From a virus (Duplodnaviria > Heunggongvirae > Uroviricota > Caudoviricetes), in IMG/VR virus record IMGVR_UViG_3300031687_001264: a stretch of DNA of 16,352 bases, one strand, 5' to 3'. The position numbers and the translations under genes are program-made. Below are positions 6,267 to 12,778 of the stretch, piece after piece; position 1 is the stretch's first letter; the number at the start of each line of letters is the position of its first letter. The notes below the pieces were generated by a model that did no database searches, was not told the origin of the DNA, and saw nothing but the letters and a program-made list of their open reading frames with translations.

Positions 6267-6815
6267 TTAAGATATAAACCATGTAGGCATTGAACGACCT
6301 GTCCATGTCATTTTAAATCTAGATTGCTTAGTCATATAGTACTCGCGATACGATCTAACCGCATCGCCAGGATGTATACATTCTGGATTAGATTGCATCG
6401 CAAGCCTGAATTCAGTCTTTGATTTGCTTACGATATTGGTAGGAATTGATTTAAGTACTGTACGTAGTTTAGTATCTGATGCATGTACTTTTCCATAGCG
6501 ATGCGTGTATTCGTCACATAATGCAATGAAATGAGCATAATGCCATTGATAGTTGCTGTCCGATTCAAGTGTCCACTCAGTACACGGATGATACATATGT
6601 ACCGCTTTATACAATACATCGTCATGGATGGGATGTGACCATTTCTTTACCATGCGCTTGCCAGAATTAGATGGGGCTGTGTACAACTTACCATCTAACA
6701 TACGATGAACTGTAGACAACATCTGTGCTGACTCTAAAATCATTTTGACTACATGCTTATCACATTGTAGTTGGGCTGCCTTGGTAGGGTCGTTATCAAG
6801 TATGAATAAATTCAT
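6267..6815 (-). CDS. Pyrimidine dimer DNA glycosylase / endonuclease V-like protein (182 aa)
   Basis: N-terminal MNLFILDNDP..AAQ..CDKHVVKMILESAQMLST, H.YHPCT.W and Y..RYGK.H motifs typical of the phage family commonly annotated Pyr_excise; activity not demonstrated. Confidence 0.65.
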   Translation of the reverse strand: MNLFILDNDPTKAAQLQCDKHVVKMILESAQMLSTVHRMLDGKLYTAPSNSGKRMVKKWSHPIHDDVLYKAVHMYHPCTEWTLESDSNYQWHYAHFIALCDEYTHRYGKVHASDTKLRTVLKSIPTNIVSKSKTEFRLAMQSNPECIHPGDAVRSYREYYMTKQSRFKMTWTGRSMPTWFIS

Positions 6816-7027
6816 TAGTGTAGCGCCTTCATGCGAAACTGATTTATACAGTCTTGTAATAAATCGAACGCTTCTTCTTCTGCGTCATGTGAAAATTCTA
6901 ACGGAGAATCGATGTGCAAATCAGCAGACACGAAATTCCAGTTAATAGAATTGTCTTCATATCGATTTTCTCCATCATTCAAATAACCATTATCAATGAC
7001 CATCTTTGCAATTTGTACAGCATTCAT
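6815..7027 (-). CDS. Hypothetical acidic protein (70 aa), first gene after P6
   Basis: Follows P6; TAATG overlap with the next gene at 6815. Confidence 0.75.
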   Translation of the reverse strand: MNAVQIAKMVIDNGYLNDGENRYEDNSINWNFVSADLHIDSPLEFSHDAEEEAFDLLQDCINQFRMKALH

Positions 7028-7063
7028 AATCTTTCTCGCTTGACTTTATTAATTTACTTAAAT

Positions 7064-7092
7064 ATTATACAACAATAAGTATTGCTTGTCAA
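7064..7092 (-). promoter_or_regulatory. sigma70-type early promoter P6
   Basis: TTGACA agcaatacttattgttg TATAAT, 17 bp spacer; 15 of 17 spacer bases identical to P1. Confidence 0.9.
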
Positions 7093-7113
7093 ACGTTTAT
7101 TTGAATTAATGTT

Positions 7114-7746
7114 TTATTTTCTTAAAAATATTCTTACTTTATTATATCTATCTTCGTTGAATTCAAGACTAAATTTTTCACATAACAATTTAAAATTATC
7201 TATATCAAGTAAGTCGTCAATCGTATCTATTACGAAATCATTCGAATTTACATTCGTTTCATAATTTTTTAATGTGTTTGCTAGCATATTTTCCGCCTCA
7301 TCGATAGTGTACAACTCGCTAATGAGTTTTTTTGTTTTACCAACTCTAAAATTCCATGATGTACTCATGAATCTTTCAAAATCCGTGTCTAATACAACTA
7401 GGTGCTGTCCTTTAAAATAATTTCTTGATTTATCTAAGTCACTATGTGTCACGTATATCATAAACTGTCCATCATTACATCTATCAAATGATAATTCTGG
7501 TCTTTCTGGTAATCCACTACGCGTTGCATAATCCAATACAGGAGGAATAGTTGTTGAGTCTGCAAATCTTCTATCAAAATGAAATCCACTAAGTTCTGAA
7601 TTTAATATTCCATTGCATGGGTCCCATGGATTACTTCCGTTGTCCTTGTGGTTGTACCATACGACATTAGAACAACTTGCAATTAGTCTGCCAATTTGAT
7701 GACCTTTCGATGCCATATTCACATTGATTACGATAATTGGGTTCAT
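7114..7746 (-). CDS. Hypothetical protein (210 aa)
   Basis: Long ORF; the N-terminal beta-strand followed by ASKGHQIGRLI is only vaguely P-loop/sulfotransferase-like. Confidence 0.8.
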   Translation of the reverse strand: MNPIIVINVNMASKGHQIGRLIASCSNVVWYNHKDNGSNPWDPCNGILNSELSGFHFDRRFADSTTIPPVLDYATRSGLPERPELSFDRCNDGQFMIYVTHSDLDKSRNYFKGQHLVVLDTDFERFMSTSWNFRVGKTKKLISELYTIDEAENMLANTLKNYETNVNSNDFVIDTIDDLLDIDNFKLLCEKFSLEFNEDRYNKVRIFLRK

Positions 7747-7773
7747 GTGGTTCTCTGTTTGTGTGTAATATTA

Positions 7774-7796
7774 CGACTGATATTAAATATCAGTCG
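7774..7796. repeat. 23 bp near-perfect palindrome over the ANL stop codon
   Basis: CGACTGATATT-A-AATATCAGTCG (11 bp arms); abuts a second 10 bp palindrome GTAATATTAC at 7765-7774. Confidence 0.7.
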
Positions 7797-9229
7797 CCAT
7801 TATTAATTATCTTGTTGACGAGCATGTGCGTATGAATTGTATGCAATATATGATCAGGGTGTGCTTTTAAACGACTTGCCATACTATTTCTTCCGACTTT
7901 AAGATACAGTCCCCAAAATTCATGCGACACTTGGAATATTTGCTCTGGACGCTTGTATTTGGTTAGTTGTGTGACCATATCTCCTACCATATCGATGCTT
8001 AGATCGCCGCTATATACCAATCCATGTCTGTCGTAGTCGTTCAATCCGTTCATGGGAAATACGTATACCTGATCAGTAGTGGTCGCTTCTGCTATAGATA
8101 ACTCTCGTATGTAAGTTTCAACTTCCCAAGGATAGATCTTCCCTCCTCCAAACGATATAAATTCTTCACTCGTGCGTCCGGTATATCTATATTTTCCATC
8201 TTTTTCTTCAAATACATCATTATCAGAATGCCATTCAGTTCCTCGACACGACCAAATTACACCGCTGTCTGTTAATCTCATTTTCAAGTTTGTGTCCGTG
8301 AATGGAGTAAACCAATCACCACGAGTAGCACCCTCTTTGATTACATTACAAAGCATAACGCCTGTACCTACAGTCCCGAACCAGTCGCATATTGTATGGG
8401 GTTTCATTGTTCGTTGTATACTTTCAACTAAATCGCTCGATACTACACCACCAGAGATATCAATGTAATCTATTGGAGAATCATATTCAAATTCGCATAG
8501 TCGATGAGCTTGACTCGGATAGACAGACATCATATTTGCCTTGTATTTCGCATGTGCGGCAGGAACTTCTTTATCAGTCTGTACCCAATGAAAGGATCCT
8601 CCAGTTAATAAGCATTTGGTTACTATCTGAGGCGTCCATGCTACGTCCCATGATGAACTACATACTGTTACAAGTTGTGTATACTCGTCGCCAAGCATAT
8701 TATTTGCTAAAATAATTTCATCTATTATTGCGGCACCTCGTTCGTAGTCAGTCTGGTATGTATATCTGCCGGGTACCATTGAATACAGATCGCCGTCTGT
8801 TCTAGTGGTACCACTACTAAAATATACAGATTTCTCTCCTGTATGTGATTTAGTAATATTTTTCAGATCTGCGCATATATCGATAGTACCATCGACCCAT
8901 AACACAGCACTACAATTAGCTGATCGTCGCTTTATATCAATTTCCCTATTACTCTGTAAACTTGTTGTATTAGCCGGACTAGCATCCAGATACATCGCAG
9001 CCCATGCTAGTACCACAGAGGATATCATATCTGATTCCTCTGCGATTACCAAGACGCGATGTTTATCGGTGATACCAGCATCTGCTAGATTAGACGCAAC
9101 TTCTTTCATCCTCTTATTAAATTCAGCATATGTGATTTCATTGCCGTTAGCAGATAATGCAATAGCATCGTCATTTCGTAAAGTGTGAGTTGGATTATTC
9201 GCATATAAATCCGCATAATATTCTTTCAT
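7790..9229 (-). CDS. ANL-superfamily (AMP-binding, acyl-CoA synthetase-like) adenylating enzyme, divergent (479 aa)
   Basis: A1 ITYAEF, A3 YFSSGTT, SGG, A7 Asp (SDND), A8 YTGR..EFISFGGGKIYPWEVE, YKRP and an A10-like LKVGR in the correct order and spacing. Confidence 0.75.
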   Translation of the reverse strand: MKEYYADLYANNPTHTLRNDDAIALSANGNEITYAEFNKRMKEVASNLADAGITDKHRVLVIAEESDMISSVVLAWAAMYLDASPANTTSLQSNREIDIKRRSANCSAVLWVDGTIDICADLKNITKSHTGEKSVYFSSGTTRTDGDLYSMVPGRYTYQTDYERGAAIIDEIILANNMLGDEYTQLVTVCSSSWDVAWTPQIVTKCLLTGGSFHWVQTDKEVPAAHAKYKANMMSVYPSQAHRLCEFEYDSPIDYIDISGGVVSSDLVESIQRTMKPHTICDWFGTVGTGVMLCNVIKEGATRGDWFTPFTDTNLKMRLTDSGVIWSCRGTEWHSDNDVFEEKDGKYRYTGRTSEEFISFGGGKIYPWEVETYIRELSIAEATTTDQVYVFPMNGLNDYDRHGLVYSGDLSIDMVGDMVTQLTKYKRPEQIFQVSHEFWGLYLKVGRNSMASRLKAHPDHILHTIHTHMLVNKIINNGD

Positions 9230-9274
9230 GTCTTGTTCCTTGTAAATTGGTTGATTGTGTTGTAATATCTTTAT

Positions 9275-9331
9275 TTAGTTATCACTTTTCAATGTCATAT
9301 TCACATTGATTACAATAATTGGATTACTCAT
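9275..9331 (-). pseudogene. 18-codon stub duplicating the start of the 210 aa gene
   Basis: Encodes MSNPIIVINVNMTLKSDN*, versus MNPIIVINVNMASKGHQ at 7746. 9281-9325 matches 7699-7743 at 39 of 45 nt. TAATG-coupled to the glycine-zipper gene. Confidence 0.75.
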
Positions 9332-9852
9332 TAGAATTCAATGGAAACTCTAACAGAAATATAATCACCAACCTTGAATAGTTTATTCGTTTTGAATGAT
9401 AACTTCATTTTGTTATATTCAGCAACAACTACACTACCATCATATTGCTTGATAGTTTCTGTAGTGTAACTAGTGTTACATTGACGTTGATTCTGATAAC
9501 CAATAATCTTATTAGACGACTTCTTCTTCGCAATATCTGCACCAGCAATTGCACCAAGCAATGTCGCTGCATCTTTGCCTTTACCACCACCAACGCTGTT
9601 ACCTATCAGACCTCCAAAAATCGCGCCTGCGAGGACATCGGCTGTACTTGCATCATTCGTCTCCCCATAGATAGGCACATTAACATTTGTACATACTTCT
9701 ACGGGTTTTTGTACAATGACATTACTGTATACTGTCTGTATAGATTTTACCACTGCGGTCTGCATATATGTCTCTGCCGACGCTACTGTAGTCACCACGG
9801 TGGATAATAGTAATACACCACCTAATACGATTGCTCTTTTATAATTTTTCAT
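9331..9852 (-). CDS. Secreted glycine-zipper 2TM protein, YcfJ/Rickettsia 17 kDa antigen-like (173 aa)
   Basis: Signal peptide ending ASA; AGAIFGGLIGNSVGGGKGKDAATLLGAIAG glycine zipper; flanking Cys pair (EVC...RQC) and a beta-rich C-terminus. Confidence 0.85.
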   Translation of the reverse strand: MKNYKRAIVLGGVLLLSTVVTTVASAETYMQTAVVKSIQTVYSNVIVQKPVEVCTNVNVPIYGETNDASTADVLAGAIFGGLIGNSVGGGKGKDAATLLGAIAGADIAKKKSSNKIIGYQNQRQCNTSYTTETIKQYDGSVVVAEYNKMKLSFKTNKLFKVGDYISVRVSIEF

Positions 9853-10019
9853 TATTGTTCTCCCAGTTTATTAATATGCTGTAATACATCAACGCCAAGT
9901 ACGCCTGACTTTATCTTCAATTTGCCTTTTTTGTTTAATTTGCTGACATAACGGCGGTCTGTAAGTGATTTATATTCTTCAATTATTTCATCATATTTAG
10001 CATAATCATAGTCTTCCAT
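9852..10019 (-). CDS. Hypothetical 55 aa protein, not in the ORF track
   Basis: Manual translation: MEDYDYAKYDEIIEEYKSLTDRRYVSKLNKKGKLKIKSGVLGVDVLQHINKLGEQ. AGGGGA SD; TAATG overlap with the glycine-zipper gene. Confidence 0.7.
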   Translation of the reverse strand: MEDYDYAKYDEIIEEYKSLTDRRYVSKLNKKGKLKIKSGVLGVDVLQHINKLGEQ

Positions 10020-10034
10020 ATATTAATCCCCTAC

Positions 10035-10322
10035 CTACATCAACTCTGGGAACATATCCCCAACATAGGTTCGTACTCTTGCTTCTACTAGTGCATCAAT
10101 GTCAATAAGACTCTCTTTAGGTCGATGGATTCCATCACTCTCGACTGCAAATTTCGCTACTTGTAATAATTGTCGCTTGTTGAGACTAGTCACCATATAC
10201 GGTCGCACAGTTCCCGATTGTACCGCACTTAGAATATAATCTGCTACATCGGTGATATCCATTGGTACTACAATTTTCGTATTGATTCGCTTAATTCCAT
10301 CTTCGTATAATTCAGCTCGCAT
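10035..10322 (-). CDS. Hypothetical protein (95 aa)
   Basis: AGGAAG SD upstream; fits the operon spacing. Confidence 0.75.
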   Translation of the reverse strand: MRAELYEDGIKRINTKIVVPMDITDVADYILSAVQSGTVRPYMVTSLNKRQLLQVAKFAVESDGIHRPKESLIDIDALVEARVRTYVGDMFPELM

Positions 10323-10334
10323 ATATGTTACTTC

Positions 10335-10478
10335 CTATAGTTGTTGTTCAAATTTAATAATTTCTGGCATTAGTGCCGATTTGGTTTTTGCAGTTAATAC
10401 AGTTCCATCTGGTTTATAGGTAGCAGTCCATGAACTGCCACTTTTAACAATAATCCAGTCTAATCTTGATGTCTTCAA
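10335..10478 (-). CDS. Hypothetical 47 aa protein with a TTG start, not in the ORF track
   Basis: AGGAGA SD 6 nt before TTG; translation MKTSRLDWIIVKSGSSWTATYKPDGTVLTAKTKSALMPEIIKFEQQL fills the gap between neighbours. Confidence 0.65.
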   Translation of the reverse strand: MKTSRLDWIIVKSGSSWTATYKPDGTVLTAKTKSALMPEIIKFEQQL

Positions 10479-10488
10479 TTGATTTCTC

Positions 10489-10689
10489 CTATGGGCGATT
10501 TGCTAGCATGATATCACGAACGTATTCACGATCCATTGAATCGCCATCAAAATCCATATCAGGAAACTTAGATAGACGCATTCCTAGCGCCAACAGAATA
10601 TCGTCACGTGTAGCACCGAAATCGTAGATTCCGCCTTTACCGTAAAAATCAAGAAGGTATGAGATAAATGTTTCAGTTTTGTTGTTCAT
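10489..10689 (-). CDS. Hypothetical phage protein (66 aa), first gene after P7
   Basis: Follows P7; FYGKGGIY...FDGDSMDREYVRD resembles a small phage family I recall. Confidence 0.75.
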   Translation of the reverse strand: MNNKTETFISYLLDFYGKGGIYDFGATRDDILLALGMRLSKFPDMDFDGDSMDREYVRDIMLANRP

Positions 10690-10722
10690 AATAGTTGCTC
10701 GCTTTGATTAACTTACTTAACT

Positions 10723-10751
10723 ATTATAGCGTGAAGAGCCTTACTTGTCAA
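10723..10751 (-). promoter_or_regulatory. sigma70-type early promoter P7
   Basis: TTGACA agtaaggctcttcacgc TATAAT, 17 bp spacer; first 15 nt identical to P2 and P3. Confidence 0.9.
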
Positions 10752-10774
10752 GGCTTTTTATGAATGTTTTTTAT

Positions 10775-11077
10775 TTAATTTGCGAACACATCAGTCGACG
10801 CTGATATGATTGTTGCAGTATACGGTCCGTTACCTACTGAATCACCGATTCTTGCTACTGCTGGGTTATCACCAATGACATCACCGCTAGCAGACGTAAT
10901 CACACTAGTGTGACCACAATCCGCTGTAACAGTATCGCCCAATCTTGCACAAGGCTTGTCATTGACAACAATTGTCGACGAACCAGAAGTAATTGTACCT
11001 CCGGTCGTTATAGTGGTTAAATGCGCAGTACAAGTGCCGAATGTACGATCTCCTACTCTCGCTACGCCCTTAGCCAT
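10775..11077 (-). CDS. PAAR-family spike-tip protein (T4 gp5.4-like, 100 aa)
   Basis: Three AR(V/L/I)GD repeats, Cys/His pairs (CTAH, DCGH), small Gly/Thr/Ser-rich beta sequence. Confidence 0.88.
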   Translation of the reverse strand: MAKGVARVGDRTFGTCTAHLTTITTGGTITSGSSTIVVNDKPCARLGDTVTADCGHTSVITSASGDVIGDNPAVARIGDSVGNGPYTATIISASTDVFAN

Positions 11078-11078
11078 A

Positions 11079-11375
11079 TTATGCGCCTGCCATCACAATA
11101 CCAGAAGTTTTCTCGCTATACATCTTAGCAGTTTCTTCTTCTGTTTTAACGATACAAATAACACCGTTAAGTCTCATTGTGTATTTTGCGTCAATCGACG
11201 AGGTAAACATGAATGGAGCCATTCCCATTCCACCATCTGTTGCAATCAACATCGTAGGCTTAGATAAAACCAATGTATCAGTAGTCTCTTTATCAAGACG
11301 TGCTACCATTTCTTCACCGCTGGCTAGTTTAATACTGATGACATCGCCATCTCTGTAAGGTACTTCTATTAACAT
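11079..11375 (-). CDS. Sm-like fold protein (98 aa)
   Basis: GDVISIKLASGEEMVAR...TLVLSKP pattern of phage Sm-like proteins. Confidence 0.6.
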   Translation of the reverse strand: MLIEVPYRDGDVISIKLASGEEMVARLDKETTDTLVLSKPTMLIATDGGMGMAPFMFTSSIDAKYTMRLNGVICIVKTEEETAKMYSEKTSGIVMAGA

Positions 11376-11602
11376 TCTTCACTTCCTTTAAGGTATTGGG
11401 CTAATTGATCATATCCGCCAATGACGGTTCCATCAATTACTATTTGTGGTACAGTGCGTGCAAGTGGTGCAATTGCTAATAATTGCTCACGTGTTACATC
11501 AATACCGATCTTCTTTTCTACAAACTCCATATGCTGAGTTTCAAGCAATACTTTCGCTTTAGTGCAAAATGCACAATTATCTTTTGAATAAACTTCTACC
11601 AT
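11369..11602 (-). CDS. grx: Glutaredoxin (77 aa), likely RNR reductant
   Basis: CAFC active site, RTVPQI cis-Pro motif, IGGYD; adjacent to nrdB. Confidence 0.93.
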   Translation of the reverse strand: MVEVYSKDNCAFCTKAKVLLETQHMEFVEKKIGIDVTREQLLAIAPLARTVPQIVIDGTVIGGYDQLAQYLKGSEEC

Positions 11603-11629
11603 ACTTTCTTCTCCATAATTGTTATTTTA

Positions 11630-12760
11630 TTATAATGACATACCCGTAAAGGTATCTTTAGTAACGTCCGATGTTACACCGCCTATAATATATGACGATA
11701 GTTGTACTTCTTGTGGTGCCACTTGTACTTCTGCACCAGCAATCCATTTTTGTGTCCAAGGTAGTGGGTTTGCTTGCGGTACTTTATATGGACAAGATAA
11801 TCCCACTGCCACCATTCGCTTACACCCAATCCATTCTACATATTCACCCAATAGTTGAGCATTTAACCCAATCATTGAACCATCTTTAAATAGATATTCT
11901 GCCCATTGCTTCTCTTGTTCAATTGCATCTACAAACATCTGAATACATTCTTCTTCAGTTTCTTTTGCGATCTTAATATAATCTGGGTCGTCTTTTGGTA
12001 AGATCTTTAATAATGATTGTGTGAACGCTAAATGTAGATTCTCATCACGCGCAATAAACTTGATAATTTTTGCATTACCTTCCATCTTTTTAAGTTCTGC
12101 AAACGCCCAACTACATGCAAACGATACATAGAAGCGAACACCTTCTAGTATGTTTACACCCATTACTGCCTTGTATAACGACTTCTTTAACTCGTACAGG
12201 TCAACAGTGATTTCTCTGCCATTAACCTTATGTACGCCTTCGCCTAGTAAATTGTACCAAGCGGCTTGATCAATTAGAGCATCATAATTTACCGAAATGG
12301 CAGATGCACAATCAACGATTTCTTTAATGTCTAAGATTTCATCAAAGATAATAGACGGATCAGAATATATATTACGAATAATATGCGTATATGATTTACT
12401 ATGTATCGTCTCGTTAAACGTCCATGTTTGAATCCATGTTTCTAATTCTGGTAGACTAACGATAGAACCGAATGCTTCACTAGGTGCACGACCTTGTACA
12501 CTATCTAAAAGGATTTGACGCTTTAGATTAGATGTGAATATATGCTGTTCATTTGCAGTTAATTGCTTGAAATCATTAGAATCTTTTGTAACATCAACTT
12601 CATCAGGGATCCAAAAGAATCCCAATTGCTTTTCGGTTAATTTATCAAATTGCTTGTATTTGAGAACATCGTACCGTTGTAAACTTACTCTCCCACCTGG
12701 ATCAAGAAATGCTAATGATTTCGTGTAATCCGCTTTTTTTGTTATATTAAAAATGCTCAT
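11630..12760 (-). CDS. nrdB: Class Ia ribonucleotide reductase beta subunit (376 aa)
   Basis: LLDSVQG, ETIHSKSY (radical Tyr), LEGVRFYVSF and RDENLH diiron motifs, collinear with E. coli NrdB. Confidence 0.98.
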   Translation of the reverse strand: MSIFNITKKADYTKSLAFLDPGGRVSLQRYDVLKYKQFDKLTEKQLGFFWIPDEVDVTKDSNDFKQLTANEQHIFTSNLKRQILLDSVQGRAPSEAFGSIVSLPELETWIQTWTFNETIHSKSYTHIIRNIYSDPSIIFDEILDIKEIVDCASAISVNYDALIDQAAWYNLLGEGVHKVNGREITVDLYELKKSLYKAVMGVNILEGVRFYVSFACSWAFAELKKMEGNAKIIKFIARDENLHLAFTQSLLKILPKDDPDYIKIAKETEEECIQMFVDAIEQEKQWAEYLFKDGSMIGLNAQLLGEYVEWIGCKRMVAVGLSCPYKVPQANPLPWTQKWIAGAEVQVAPQEVQLSSYIIGGVTSDVTKDTFTGMSL

Positions 12761-12765
12761 ATCTA

Positions 12766-12773
12766 TATTTATA
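12766..12773 (-). promoter_or_regulatory. TATAAATA box (T4 late-promoter consensus) 5 nt upstream of the nrdB ATG
   Basis: Minus strand TATAAATA-TAGAT-ATG; exact match, but AT-rich DNA makes chance plausible. Confidence 0.4.
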
Positions 12774-12778
12774 TTCCG

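Noticed and set aside
7114-7746. Sulfotransferase or P-loop kinase assignment for the 210 aa protein
   Set aside because: Resemblance is limited to a few N-terminal residues; not enough without a profile search.
45-10751. CRISPR array or tRNA cluster
   Set aside because: The repeats are kilobases apart and match promoters; no cloverleaf or regularly spaced direct repeats were seen.
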